Shown in pieces: positions 7,699 through 17,375 of a stretch of DNA of 64,000 nucleotides; positions within the stretch are counted from its first letter, which is position 1; each line of letters begins with the position of its first letter. The notes beneath the pieces were generated by a model. The model was not told the origin of the DNA. It made no database searches and was given only the letters and a program-made list of their open reading frames with translations. Source of the DNA: an uncultured Propionibacteriaceae bacterium (GTDB taxonomy: Bacteria; Actinomycetota; Actinomycetes; Propionibacteriales; Propionibacteriaceae); NCBI GenBank assembly GCA_964402325.1, contig CAYOBI010000001.1:8466-72465 (forward strand), read 5' to 3'. Made by a program: the position numbers and the translations under genes.

Positions 7699-10077
7699 TC
7701 ACTCCCGGAACTTCAACACCTCGGTCACCGGCACCGTCCGCGTGTCGCGGGAGGTGGCCAGCCGCACCACGGCGTACGACCCGAGGGCCAGCCCGGCCAT
7801 CACCACAACGTCGCGGACGGTGACGAAGAACGGGATGCCGAGCGGCAGGTGGACCGTCATCAGCCGCCAGACCTGGCTCATGATCGCCGCCGACACCGGG
7901 ATCGCGACGGCCATGCTGCCCACCACCAGCCACAGGTAGTTGTCGAGATAGAGCCGGCTCACCTGCCGGTCGCTGTAGCCGAGCGCCTTGAGCAACGAGA
8001 TCGAGTATCGCTGCCGGGCGACGACCAGCCGGATCAGCACGTACAGCACGACGACCATGATCATCATCGACGACCAGGTGACCAGCGACACGATCCGCGA
8101 CAGCAGGGCGTTGAACTTCACCACCCCACCGAGCATCTCCTCCCTGGTGGCATGGCTGAGCACCCGGTCCGGGTCGAGATCCAGCGGATGGTCCGCCAGC
8201 AGGGCGTTGTAGAAGGGCACGGCGGTGCCTCCGGCCGCGGTGCTCATCCGCCCGGCGGCGACCGGGACGGCCGGGTCCAGCAACTGCTGGGCGTGCGCGG
8301 GGGTGGTGAAGCCGAAGGCGATCGCCTGGTAGTCGGTGATCCCCACCACACGGAAGGCCCAGTTGAGCGAACTGCCGTCGCTCAGCGCGATGGTGTCACC
8401 GACGTGCAGGCGGTACTTCTGGGCGGCCGCCTTCGACACCACCAGCTCATGCTCCCCCAATCCGCTGACGTCGACCGGGAAGTACGGGTCGCCCGGCTGG
8501 ACCCCGAGCACCGTGAGGGCCTTGTCCCGACGACCGTCCGCCCCGAGCACCTGCATCGGGACGGCGACGGCCGGATGGGCACCGGCCGGGACCGAGCCGA
8601 GGTCGGGGAACCGCAGCGTGTAGAAATCGTGGAAGGTGAGGTCGGCCTGGGCTCGGGCGAGGTAGCTGTCCATCGAGCTGCGCATGCCGAGCCCGAACAC
8701 CATCAGCAGGCTGCAGAGGAACAGGCCGGCCCCGATCAGCAGGTAGCTGCCGACCGTCCGCAGGGCCTGGCGGAGCCGGAACATCATCACGAACGGCAGC
8801 CGGTCCAGCCGCAGCGGCAGCGTCCGGCCGGCCGTCGCCTGGGGGCGCAACAGTTCCTGCGTCGGCCGGTTCAGCGCGGTCCGGATGACCAGGATGTTGA
8901 CCAGGGCCACCAGCACCGACGGGACCGCGATGCTCGCCGCTACGATCGCCGGCGACGGCAGGACCGACACCGCCGGGAAGGAGTAGTAGCCGGTGACCAG
9001 GCCCAGGGACGGGGCGAGCAACCGGCCGAGGACCGTGCCGAGGGTGGAGCCGAGCACCGTGACGGCCAGCGGCAGGATCAGGTAGTAGCGCAGCAGGGCC
9101 GCCTCGCCGGTGCCGAGCGCCGACTGGGTGCCGATCACCACCGAGTCGCGCAGGATCCGGTCCCGGGAGAACTCCGCCAGGACGTACGCCACCAGCAGGG
9201 TGACCAGCACCGTCGTCACCAGCGTCACGACCATCGTCGTCCGGGCGTCGGAGACCGCCCCGGTGATCCGCGGGTTGTCCCCGGCGGGCAGGAACAGCGA
9301 CATCGCCGGGTAGTGCAGCGGCGCGCCGGCCTCGCGGGCCGCGTCGATGGCCTTGGTCACGTACGGATTGGTGGCCCGGGCCGGGTCGAGGGTGATCCGC
9401 TGCAGGTGCTCGCGCAGTTGGTCCTGGGTGGCGCCGTGCAGCAGGTAGCCGTACGCCCACACGACCTCGCGCGGGTGGGCGGCCGCCAGCCGGTCGTACG
9501 TGGCGGGGGCGACGACCGCGAGGGCGAACCCGGCCGGGTCACTGGTCTGGCCCAGGCGTGGGCTGGCCAGGGTGTAGTCCGGCAGGCTGCCGATCCCGCT
9601 GATCCGCAGCGTCCGGCCGTCGACGGTGATCGCGTCGCCGACCCGCAGGTCGTGCGCGGCCGCGTGCTTCTTCTCCACCATCACCTCGTCCGGGCCCCTC
9701 GGCAGGGTGCCGGTGTCGAGGGTGGGCCGGCTGACCGTCTGGTCGGCCCGGAACACTCGCACCGTGGTGACCTGGGCACCCGACCGGCCCGGCACGTCGA
9801 CGTACGGGGTGGGCTCGATCCTGGCTCCGACGGCCTCGGCGGCGGCGAGCTGGGCCGCGGTCAGCGGCACTTCGGTGACGACGGTGCCGTCGGCGAGCTG
9901 TCCGAGGCGGGCGCCCTGCTCGATCCCGCGCAGCGTCGCGGTGGCCGACCCGAGCAGTCCGACGACGACGCCCAGGCCGACGGTGAGCAGCACCACGATC
10001 GCGGTCCACCGCGCCCAGGTGGCCCGGAAACCGCGCCAGTTGCGCCGTGCCGTGAGGCCGATGGCGATGGTGTTCAC
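7699..10077 (-). CDS. ABC transporter permease, FtsX/MacB-type with two FtsX modules
   Basis: ORF 7699..10338. TM clusters at both ends and in the middle are separated by large extracytoplasmic segments. GTG 10077 ([17 protein letters not shown]) overlaps the upstream ATPase stop as GTGA. Confidence 0.8.
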   Translation of the reverse strand: MNTIAIGLTARRNWRGFRATWARWTAIVVLLTVGLGVVVGLLGSATATLRGIEQGARLGQLADGTVVTEVPLTAAQLAAAEAVGARIEPTPYVDVPGRSGAQVTTVRVFRADQTVSRPTLDTGTLPRGPDEVMVEKKHAAAHDLRVGDAITVDGRTLRISGIGSLPDYTLASPRLGQTSDPAGFALAVVAPATYDRLAAAHPREVVWAYGYLLHGATQDQLREHLQRITLDPARATNPYVTKAIDAAREAGAPLHYPAMSLFLPAGDNPRITGAVSDARTTMVVTLVTTVLVTLLVAYVLAEFSRDRILRDSVVIGTQSALGTGEAALLRYYLILPLAVTVLGSTLGTVLGRLLAPSLGLVTGYYSFPAVSVLPSPAIVAASIAVPSVLVALVNILVIRTALNRPTQELLRPQATAGRTLPLRLDRLPFVMMFRLRQALRTVGSYLLIGAGLFLCSLLMVFGLGMRSSMDSYLARAQADLTFHDFYTLRFPDLGSVPAGAHPAVAVPMQVLGADGRRDKALTVLGVQPGDPYFPVDVSGLGEHELVVSKAAAQKYRLHVGDTIALSDGSSLNWAFRVVGITDYQAIAFGFTTPAHAQQLLDPAVPVAAGRMSTAAGGTAVPFYNALLADHPLDLDPDRVLSHATREEMLGGVVKFNALLSRIVSLVTWSSMMIMVVVLYVLIRLVVARQRYSISLLKALGYSDRQVSRLYLDNYLWLVVGSMAVAIPVSAAIMSQVWRLMTVHLPLGIPFFVTVRDVVVMAGLALGSYAVVRLATSRDTRTVPVTEVLKFRE

Positions 10078-10796
10078 CAGTCGAGGTCCGCGGCCGCGCG
10101 GGGGTGCGGGTTGGCCTCGTCGCGGACGACGTGTCCGTCGCGCAGCTCGATCACCTGGTCGGCCATGGCGGTGATCGCCTCGTTGTGGGTGACCATGATC
10201 AGCGTGGTGCCGTAGCGGCGATGCACGTCCTCCAGCACCTCCAGCATCTGCTGGGAGGTGTGGCGGTCCAGCGCCCCGGTCGGCTCGTCGCACAGCAGCA
10301 CGTCGGAGCCCTTGACCAGGGCGCGGGCGATCGCGCACCTCTGCTGCTGGCCGCCGGAGAGCTGGGCGGGGAACTTGTGCTGGTGCTCGGCCATGCCGAG
10401 GTGGTCCAGCAGGTCGTCGATGTCGAGCGGGCGGCGGACCAGCTGGGCGGTCACCTGGATGTTCTCGCGGACGGTGAGGTCGGGCACCAGGTTGTAGAAC
10501 TGGAAGACGAATCCCACGTGGAGGCGCCGGAAGCGGGTCAGCTCGCGCGGCGACAGCGAGGTGATCACCTGGCCGGCGACCCGGATCGTGCCCGCGTCGG
10601 GGCTGTCCAGCCCGCCGATCGCGTTGAGCAGGGTGGACTTTCCCGACCCGGAGGCCCCGACGATGACGCAGCGGGCCCCCGGGGCGACACCGAAGGTGAC
10701 CTCGTGCAGCACCTCGACCCGCGACTCCCCGGTGCCGAAGTGGCGCGACAGTCCCTCGACCCGGACCTGGGCCGGTGCGGCGGTGTGCTCACTCAT
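10074..10796 (-). CDS. ABC transporter ATP-binding protein (MacB/LolD-like)
   Basis: In frame with ORF 10074..11957 from MSEHTAAP. Walker [10 protein letters not shown], signature LSGGQQQR, Walker [12 protein letters not shown]. Confidence 0.9.
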   Translation of the reverse strand: MSEHTAAPAQVRVEGLSRHFGTGESRVEVLHEVTFGVAPGARCVIVGASGSGKSTLLNAIGGLDSPDAGTIRVAGQVITSLSPRELTRFRRLHVGFVFQFYNLVPDLTVRENIQVTAQLVRRPLDIDDLLDHLGMAEHQHKFPAQLSGGQQQRCAIARALVKGSDVLLCDEPTGALDRHTSQQMLEVLEDVHRRYGTTLIMVTHNEAITAMADQVIELRDGHVVRDEANPHPRAAADLDW

Positions 10797-10883
10797 CGCC
10801 ACCAGTCTTCCACCGGCTGATCGGCCCCGGTGCGTCACGGACCACCGGGACGCACCGCACCGTCGGTGCGCGAGGATGGGGAC

Positions 10884-11348
10884 ATGGGTGAGGGGACGGT
10901 GCGTACGGCCACCGAGCGGGATCTCGAGGTCCTCGTCGAACTGCGGGCGGAGATGTTCCGCTCCATGGGGGTGCCCGGCACCGACCCGGCATGGCGGGCG
11001 AACGCCCGACGATGGTTCGCCGACCGGCTCGACCGGCCCGACCACCGGATCGTGGTGGTCGAGGTGGCCGGCACGGTCGTCGCCTGCGCGGTGGGCGCGG
11101 TCCGGGACGCGGCCCCCTCCCCCGGCGCCCCGGACGGCGGGGACGTCCTGGTCAGCAACGTCTGCACGACGCCCCCCGCCCGAGGCCGTGGCCACGGGCG
11201 GGCCGCCTTCGAGGCGGTGATGGCCTGGGCGCGGACGACCGGCGCCGGTCGCGCCGAACTGATGGCGACCGACGCCGGGCGTCCCCTCTACCAGCAGGCC
11301 GGATTCGTCGTCCAGGACTGCCTGGCGATGCGGGCGCCGCTGCCCTGA
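10884..11348 (+). CDS. GNAT-family N-acetyltransferase
   Basis: In frame with ORF 10830..11348. ATG 10884 follows GAGGA. Acetyl-CoA loop: ARGRGHGRAAFEAVMAWA. Confidence 0.75.
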   Translation: MGEGTVRTATERDLEVLVELRAEMFRSMGVPGTDPAWRANARRWFADRLDRPDHRIVVVEVAGTVVACAVGAVRDAAPSPGAPDGGDVLVSNVCTTPPARGRGHGRAAFEAVMAWARTTGAGRAELMATDAGRPLYQQAGFVVQDCLAMRAPLP

Positions 11349-11370
11349 GACCAGCCGGCGCCCGCGGCGT

Positions 11371-12828
11371 TCACTCGTGATCGCCGGACGGGTGCAGTCC
11401 GGGGATCGGGTGGTTGGCCACGAACACTCCGTCGGGGTCCACCTGGGTCCGGACGGCCCGCAGCCGCAGCCAGTCCGTCGTGGCGTACGCGTCACGCACC
11501 TCGACCTCCGTGTCGGCGAAGTTGAGGTACTGCCCGCCGGTGGACCACGGCGCCAGCGCCGCGACCAGCCGGGAGGCGTCGGCGGCGCCCTGGGCCGCCA
11601 TCTGCGGCGTGGCGGCCACGGCGACGAAGAACCCGGCGTACGCCCCTTCCAGCCTGGCCAGCGCGCCGGCCCCGGGCGCCGGACGGGCGACCGCGCCACC
11701 GAGCTGGCGCAGCTCCGCCGACAACAGCGAGGTGGTGGCCGCCGGTCCGGCAGCCGCCAGGAAGGCGACGATCGCCTCCTCGTCCAACTCCTCGAGCATC
11801 GTGCTCGCGGCGACCGACGGGGTCGGGCCTTCCGGGTCCATGTGGATCCGGGCCAGGGCCGGCGCCGGCACCCGGGCGAAGGTGTCCATCTGCGGGGCCA
11901 GCTCCCGCAGCGGGGCGAGCAGCTCCCCGGCGTGGGCGTCGTCACCGAGCACCGCACCGTCGATCACGACCAGCCGGCGGCCGCGCAGGAAGTCGGGCAG
12001 TTCGGGCATCGGCGGGAAGCGCATGAACCGCAGCGAGGTGGTCACCTCGTCCGGAGCCTGGGCCGCCCAGGCCGCCCAGCGGCGCAGCACCGGCTCCGCC
12101 TCGGCCAGGTCCCACAGCATCATGCCGGCGTACGCATCGGCGATCGGGTAGAGCCGGAACTCCAGGGCGGTGACCACGCCGAAGTTGCCGCCGCCCCCGC
12201 GCAACGCCCAGAACGTCTCGGGATGGTGGGTCTCGTCGGCGCGGACCAGGTCCCCGGCGGCGGTGACCAGCTCGACCGCCGTGACGGAATTGCACGCCAG
12301 CCCGAGGGTGCGGGCATACCAGCCGTGCCCACCGCCGAGACTGAACCCGCAGACGCCGACGTCAGGGGACGAACCGTGCAGCGCGGCCAGCCCCTGCTCC
12401 CCGGCCGGGGAGACGACGTCCTGCCACTGGGCGCCCGCCTCGACCCGGGCGATCCGACGGGTGGCGTCGATCGTCACGCCGCGCAGGGCGTCGGTGCGCA
12501 GCAGGACGGTGTCGGACAGGTCGCGGTGCTCCAGGGGACCGGCGCCGTGTCCGGTCCCCTGGGGCGCGACCCGCAGTCCCAGCGCGGCGGCGGCGCGGAC
12601 CACGCGGACGATGTCGTCGGTGCCCCCGACCGTGGCGACGGCGGCCGGACGCTGGTCGACGGCCACGTTCCAGGGGTGCCGACCGGTCTCGTAGCCGGGG
12701 TCACCGGGCAGGTGGACGCAGTCGCCGGCGGCCTCCCGGAGAGCGGTCGCGGCGGCGACGGGATCGGGCCGGGTGCGGTGGGCCGGGCGGGTGGAGCGGG
12801 CGGCGGTGATGTCGATCTCGATGGTCAT
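11371..12828 (-). CDS. FAD-binding oxidoreductase (PCMH-type FAD domain, BBE/VAO-like)
   Basis: In frame with ORF 11371..13365 from MTIEIDIT, with AAGGA upstream. Motifs: VRVVRAAAALGLRVAPQGTGHG, GFSLGGGHGW, ALRGGGGNFGVVT, and a C-terminal BBE-like YLNFAD...VDPDGVF. Confidence 0.85.
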   Translation of the reverse strand: MTIEIDITAARSTRPAHRTRPDPVAAATALREAAGDCVHLPGDPGYETGRHPWNVAVDQRPAAVATVGGTDDIVRVVRAAAALGLRVAPQGTGHGAGPLEHRDLSDTVLLRTDALRGVTIDATRRIARVEAGAQWQDVVSPAGEQGLAALHGSSPDVGVCGFSLGGGHGWYARTLGLACNSVTAVELVTAAGDLVRADETHHPETFWALRGGGGNFGVVTALEFRLYPIADAYAGMMLWDLAEAEPVLRRWAAWAAQAPDEVTTSLRFMRFPPMPELPDFLRGRRLVVIDGAVLGDDAHAGELLAPLRELAPQMDTFARVPAPALARIHMDPEGPTPSVAASTMLEELDEEAIVAFLAAAGPAATTSLLSAELRQLGGAVARPAPGAGALARLEGAYAGFFVAVAATPQMAAQGAADASRLVAALAPWSTGGQYLNFADTEVEVRDAYATTDWLRLRAVRTQVDPDGVFVANHPIPGLHPSGDHE

Positions 12829-13009
12829 CGGAGTTCCTTTCCTCGGGGCGATCCGTCGCGAAGTGGACCGCCTGACAGAAATGTCGCGTCCCCGGCCGGT
12901 CGGGACCATCCCTGTCGCCCGCAGGATCTTCGACCCGGCCGGCTGGGAGCACCCGACCCCCACAACTCTGGGATGGTCCTCGACTGTGCCCTGCGTCACA
13001 CTGGTTGCC

Positions 13010-14146
13010 ATGCGGCGGGATTTGATGGCGCAGCGGGTCGTACGGGACGTCGACGTGATCGCGCATGCCGGACTGGACGTGGACACCTTCCTGGAGGAGG
13101 CGATGGCGTCGATCGAGCGCGCCGTCCCGTGCGTCGCGGCCTGTGTGGCGACGGTCGACCCGAGCACCCTGCTGCTCACCGCCACCCGCAAGTACGGCGA
13201 TCTCACGGGCCGTGACGAGCAGGACGGGGAGTGGGGGCTGCTCGAGTACGGCGAGGTCGAGTCGTCGTCGTTCCGGGAACTGGTCCGCCAGGACGTCGAC
13301 GCCGTCATCGTGGGCGAGTTGGCCCGTCGGGAGGCCACGCCGTCCCGACGCCTCGAGGGCTTCATGGTGCCCTACTTCGGCTTCACCGACGAGTTGCGGG
13401 TGGTGTTCCGTGATCACGGGCAGGTCTGGGGGGCTGCCTCGTTGTTCCGTGGTGCCGACTCGCCGGCCTTCGAGGCCGACGACCGCGCCCTGATGGCCTC
13501 GTTGTCGGAGATGCTGTCCACCGGCGTACGGGCCGGCCTGCTGACCCGGTTCGGCGAGACGGCCGTCAGCGTGCCCAGCGGGCCGGCGGTGATCATCGTC
13601 GGCCCCGAGGGGACCGTCCGGCAGATGAGCACCGGGGCCGAGGAACGACTCCGCGACCTGGTCGGCAACGAGACGTCGGCCGAGGCGACCGGCGTGATCG
13701 GTTCCCTGGTCGGTGCCGCGCGGCGGTTCGCCGCCGGCCTGACCGACCTGCCGCCGCGGGCCCGGGTGCGGTCACGCTCCGGCCAGTGGCTGGTGCTGCA
13801 CGCTGCCCGGATGAGCCCTCGCGGGGGTGGCGACCAGGGGTCGGACGTGGTCGTGACCATCGACGAGGCCCGGCCGCCGGAGATCGTGCCGATCGTCGTG
13901 GCGGCCTTCGACCTCACCGCGCGGGAACGCGACGTCACCCAATTGGTGCTCCAGGGCGCGGACACCAAGGAGATCGCCGCCGCCCTGCACGTGTCGGCGT
14001 ACACGGTCCAGGACCACCTCAAGTCGGTCTTCGAGAAGGCCGGCGTCCGCAACCGCCGCGACCTGGTCGCCCGGATCTACTTCGACCAGTACGTCCCCCG
14101 ACTCAACACCAGCATCGGCCCGGACGGCTGGTTCTCCGGGGTCTGA
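13010..14146 (+). CDS. LuxR-family transcriptional regulator with an N-terminal GAF-like sensor region
   Basis: In frame with ORF 12773..14146 from MRRDLMAQR. C-terminal HTH: LTARERDVTQLVLQGADTKEIAAALHVSAYTVQDHLKSVFEKAGVRNRRDL. Confidence 0.8.
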   Translation: MRRDLMAQRVVRDVDVIAHAGLDVDTFLEEAMASIERAVPCVAACVATVDPSTLLLTATRKYGDLTGRDEQDGEWGLLEYGEVESSSFRELVRQDVDAVIVGELARREATPSRRLEGFMVPYFGFTDELRVVFRDHGQVWGAASLFRGADSPAFEADDRALMASLSEMLSTGVRAGLLTRFGETAVSVPSGPAVIIVGPEGTVRQMSTGAEERLRDLVGNETSAEATGVIGSLVGAARRFAAGLTDLPPRARVRSRSGQWLVLHAARMSPRGGGDQGSDVVVTIDEARPPEIVPIVVAAFDLTARERDVTQLVLQGADTKEIAAALHVSAYTVQDHLKSVFEKAGVRNRRDLVARIYFDQYVPRLNTSIGPDGWFSGV

Positions 14147-14178
14147 CGCCGACGGCTGGTTCTCCGCGGTCTGACGCC
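14123..14178 (+). repeat. 28-bp tandem duplication (2 copies, 1 mismatch) spanning the LuxR stop codon
   Basis: GACGGCTGGTTCTCCGGGGTCTGACGCC occupies 14123-14150 and is immediately repeated at 14151-14178 with a G->C change at position 17. A third unit starts (GACGG) at 14179. Confidence 0.9.
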
Positions 14179-14181
14179 GAC

Positions 14182-14206
14182 GGGGGGCTCCGGTGGGAGC
14201 AGCCCC
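14182..14206. terminator. imperfect GC hairpin between the convergent LuxR and amt genes
   Basis: The GGGGCTCC / GGAGC(AG)CCCC arms surround a GGTG loop. There is no U-tract. Confidence 0.35.
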
Positions 14207-14217
14207 GGCCACCGTCT

Positions 14218-15558
14218 TCAGGCGGTCAGCGTCCCTGCCGGGGGCTCGTCGGGGCCATGGGAGTGCGTACGGCTGACGCCGCGGAACGCGGAGTGCTGCA
14301 CCGGGGTGAGGTCGTAGCCCGACTCCGAGTGCTCGGCGAGGTCGATGCCGGTGATCTCGGCCTCGGCGCTCACCCGCATGCCCATCGTCCGGGAGACGGC
14401 CCGGGCCAGCAGCCAGGTCATCACGAAGGAGAACGTCCCGACCGCGAGGACGGCGACGGCCTGGCGCCAGAGCTGACCGACGCCCCCGCCGTAGAACAGA
14501 CCCCTGGCGTGGGTCGCCGTCCGCGGATCGGCGAACAGGCCGACCCCCAGGGTGCCGACGATGCCGCCGACCAGGTGCACGCCGACCAGGTCGAGGGAGT
14601 CGTCGAAGCCCAGCCGGAACTTCCAGCTCACGGCCCAGGCGCAGGTCGCACCGGCCAGCAGACCGATCAGCATCGCGCCGAGCGGGCTGACGGCGCCGCC
14701 CGACGGGGTGATCGCGACCAGGCCGGCCACCGCGCCGGAGGCGGCACCCAGCGAGGTGGCGTGCCCGTCGCGGCGCCGCTCGACCAGCAGCCAGGCCAGC
14801 ATCGCCGCGCACGGGGCGAGCAGGGTGTTGACCCAGATCAGGGCGGCCCAGGTGCCGGCGACCAGCGCCGAGCCGGAGTTGAACCCGAACCAGCCGAACC
14901 AGAGCAGCCCGGCCCCCAGCATCACCAGGGTCATGTTGTGCGGGCGCATCGGGGTCGACCCGAACCCGAGCCGGCGGCCCAGCACCAGGGCCAGCGCCAG
15001 TCCACCGGCGCCGCAGGCGACCTCGATCGCCGTGCCGCCGGCCAGGTCGACAGCATCCAGACGATTGACGATCCAGCCGCCGTGGGCGGCCGTCAGCCCG
15101 TCGGTGGCGAACACCCAGTGCGCCAGCGGGGCGTAGACGAGCACCAGCCACAGCACGGAGAGCGTGGTCCAGGAGGCGAACGTCGTCCGTTCGGCGATGG
15201 CGCCGGACAGCAGTGCCACCGCGATGATCGCGAAACACCCCTGGAAGCCGGCGAAGGCGAGGGCCGGCACGGTGCCCACGGTCGGGTCGCCGTTGACCAG
15301 CGGATCGAGGAAGGCGAACTGGAACGGGTCGCCGATGAGGCCGCCCAGCGAGTCACCGAAGGCCTCGCTGTAACCGATCACCGCCCAGGCGACCCCCGCC
15401 GTGGCCATGCTCACGAAGCTCATCATCACCATGTTGAGCACGCCCTTGGCGCGCACCATGCCTCCGTAGAAGAAGGCCAGACCAGGCGTCATCAGCAGCA
15501 CCAACGCCGCACTGGTCAGCAGCCAGGCGGTGTCGCCCGTGTTGATCTCGTGAACCAC
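14218..15558 (-). CDS. amt: ammonium transporter (Amt family)
   Basis: ORF 14218..15558 with a GTG start. The N-terminus TAWLLTSAALVLLMTPGLAFFYGGMVRAK, 11 TM-like blocks, and the GGTAIE/HLVGGIVGTL regions are typical of Amt/AmtB. Confidence 0.9.
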   Translation of the reverse strand: MVHEINTGDTAWLLTSAALVLLMTPGLAFFYGGMVRAKGVLNMVMMSFVSMATAGVAWAVIGYSEAFGDSLGGLIGDPFQFAFLDPLVNGDPTVGTVPALAFAGFQGCFAIIAVALLSGAIAERTTFASWTTLSVLWLVLVYAPLAHWVFATDGLTAAHGGWIVNRLDAVDLAGGTAIEVACGAGGLALALVLGRRLGFGSTPMRPHNMTLVMLGAGLLWFGWFGFNSGSALVAGTWAALIWVNTLLAPCAAMLAWLLVERRRDGHATSLGAASGAVAGLVAITPSGGAVSPLGAMLIGLLAGATCAWAVSWKFRLGFDDSLDLVGVHLVGGIVGTLGVGLFADPRTATHARGLFYGGGVGQLWRQAVAVLAVGTFSFVMTWLLARAVSRTMGMRVSAEAEITGIDLAEHSESGYDLTPVQHSAFRGVSRTHSHGPDEPPAGTLTA

Positions 15559-15603
15559 CCTGTCACTGTCCGCGCCGAGTGTTTTCGGGGGTGTTCAGCT
15601 CGG

Positions 15604-15663
15604 GTTACGGCCGTGTGTTGGCGCCGTTACGAGAAGATGTGGCTAGTGTTACGACGGTGTTTC
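15604..15663 (-). promoter_or_regulatory. phased GlnR-box-like array upstream of amt
   Basis: Pentamers GTTAC (15604), GTGTT (15615), GTTAC (15626), GTTAC (15648) and GTTTC (15659) start at multiples of 11 bp. On the amt strand they read GAAAC-n6-GTAAC...GTAAC-n6-AACAC-n6-GTAAC. This fits the actinobacterial GlnR a/b-site pattern gTnAc-n6-GaAAc. The array lies 46-105 bp upstream of the amt start. Confidence 0.55.
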
Positions 15664-15727
15664 GTCCCGGATCCCCTTCGCGGCCGACTCGAGGACTGCC
15701 CCTGTCGTACGTGGCTAGGCTGCCCCT

Positions 15728-16636
15728 GTGAGTGAGGGAACGATCCGGACGGTGGCCGTCGTGGGGGCCGGCGCCATGGGGGCCATGTACGCGGCGCACT
15801 TCGCTCGGGCGGGGGTGGACACCTGGCTGGTCGCCCGCGGCGACCGCGCCGCGCGACTGCGCTCCCCCGGCCTGACCGTCAACGGCGACCCGCTCGGGGC
15901 CGAGGTCGTGGACCCGGACGAGGCGCCGGGCACCCGGACCGCCGACCTCGTCCTGATCGCGGTCAAGCACCACCAGCTGGCCGAGGCGATCGCCGAGGTC
16001 GCGCCCCTGGTCGGGGACCGGACCACCTTCCTGTCGGTGCTCAACGGCCTCGACAGCGAGGAGGCGATCGCCGCGGCGTACGGGCCGCAACGGGTCCTGC
16101 TCTGCATCGCGCTCGCCATGGACGCCCAGCGTGACGGGACCCGCGTCTCGTACCGGCAGTCCGGCCGGCTCGCGATCGGGCCGGGGTCCGGGCTGGGCAC
16201 CCCCGAGCGGCTCCGGGCGACGCAGGAGGTGCTGGACCGGGCCGGGCTCGCCTGGGTGGCCCCCGCGGACATGCCGCACGAGATGTGGTGGAAGTTCATG
16301 GTCAACGTCGGGATCAACCAGGCGTCCGCGGTGATGAGGGTGCCGTACGGAGCATTCCAGCAGGACGGCCCCGCCCGCTCGCTGATGCTGGCCCTGATGG
16401 ACGAGGTGATCGCCGTCGCCGGGGCGGAGGGCATCGGGCTCGACGCGGGCGACCTCGCCGCCTGGGACCGGGTGCTGGCCGGCCAGCCCGCCCGGGGCCA
16501 GACGTCGATGTACCAGGACGTGCTGGCGGGCCGGCGGACCGAGGTGGACATCTTCGCCGGCCGCGTCGTCGCCCTCGGGGCCCGGCACGGCATCCCCACG
16601 CCGTACAACCGGACGATGCTCTGGATCCTCGGCTGA
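15728..16636 (+). CDS. 2-dehydropantoate 2-reductase family (PanE/ApbA-like) oxidoreductase
   Basis: ORF 15728..16636 with a GTG start. Rossmann motif VAVVGAGAMGAMYA. The C-terminal ApbA domain has the SMYQDVLAGRRTEVD motif. Confidence 0.8.
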   Translation: MSEGTIRTVAVVGAGAMGAMYAAHFARAGVDTWLVARGDRAARLRSPGLTVNGDPLGAEVVDPDEAPGTRTADLVLIAVKHHQLAEAIAEVAPLVGDRTTFLSVLNGLDSEEAIAAAYGPQRVLLCIALAMDAQRDGTRVSYRQSGRLAIGPGSGLGTPERLRATQEVLDRAGLAWVAPADMPHEMWWKFMVNVGINQASAVMRVPYGAFQQDGPARSLMLALMDEVIAVAGAEGIGLDAGDLAAWDRVLAGQPARGQTSMYQDVLAGRRTEVDIFAGRVVALGARHGIPTPYNRTMLWILG

Positions 16637-16646
16637 GGGGGATCGG

Positions 16647-17375
16647 ATGTCCCTGACGAATCGCCCGCAGATCTGGCGGCCGGCGCCGCGTACGACCTGG
16701 CAGTGGCAACTGGGCACCGGGGACGTCGATCTCGGCGTCGAGGCCGCGGTGTTCGACGTCGACGGGTTCGAGGTGACGGCGCAGACGGTGGCCCGGCTGC
16801 ACGACTCCGGCCGCCGGGCGATCGCGTACGTCGACGCGGGCAGCTGGGAGGACTTCCGTCCCGACGCCGGTGCCTTCCCGGGTGAGGTGCTGGGTCGCCG
16901 GATGGAGGGGTGGGCGGACGAGCGCTGGCTCGACATCCGGCAGGTGGACGTGCTGGCGCCGATCATGGCGGCACGGTTCGACCTGTGCCGGCAGAAGGGC
17001 TTCGACGCCATCGAGGCGGACAACGTCGACGGCTACGACAACCGTTCCGGCTTCCGCCTCACCAGGGGCGACCAGCTCACCTACAACCGGATGCTGGCGG
17101 ATCTCGCCCACCGGCGAGGGATGTCCATCGGCCTGAAGAATTCCGCCGACCTCGTCGCCGACCTCGTCCACGACTTCGATTTCGCGGTCGTCGAGCAATG
17201 TTTCGAATACGACGAGTGCGAGGCGTACGTTCCTTTCATCGAGCAGGGCAAGGCCGTCCTGCACGTGGAATACAACGTTCCGCTACACAGGTTCTGCGCC
17301 ACCACCGGCGCCCTCGGGTTCTCCTCGATGCGCAAGAAGGTCGACCTCGACGCCTGGCGTCAGGTCTGCCTCTGA
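16647..17375 (+). CDS. glycoside hydrolase family 114 (endo-alpha-1,4-polygalactosaminidase-like), catalytic domain only, no signal peptide
   Basis: ORF 16647..17375. GH114 blocks: TTWQWQL, AIAYVDAGSWEDFRPDA, ERWLDIR, KGFDAIEADNVDGY, LKNS..L, FDFAVVEQCFEYDEC, GKAVLHVEY. It starts 10 nt after the panE-like stop. Confidence 0.8.
   Translation: MSLTNRPQIWRPAPRTTWQWQLGTGDVDLGVEAAVFDVDGFEVTAQTVARLHDSGRRAIAYVDAGSWEDFRPDAGAFPGEVLGRRMEGWADERWLDIRQVDVLAPIMAARFDLCRQKGFDAIEADNVDGYDNRSGFRLTRGDQLTYNRMLADLAHRRGMSIGLKNSADLVADLVHDFDFAVVEQCFEYDECEAYVPFIEQGKAVLHVEYNVPLHRFCATTGALGFSSMRKKVDLDAWRQVCL

Noticed and set aside
7849-10215. 788-aa plus-strand ORF opposite the FtsX permease
   Set aside because: Composition is His/Arg/Asp/Gly-rich and there are no TM segments or motifs. 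The minus frame encodes a coherent FtsX-type permease that is translationally coupled to its ATPase.
14123-14178. Possible CRISPR or minisatellite array
   Set aside because: There are only two adjacent 28-bp copies with no spacers. No other regularly spaced repeats or cas genes occur anywhere in the window.
13786-15735. 649-aa plus-strand ORF opposite amt
   Set aside because: It is an Arg/Gly/Pro-rich antisense frame. The minus frame is an unmistakable Amt transporter.
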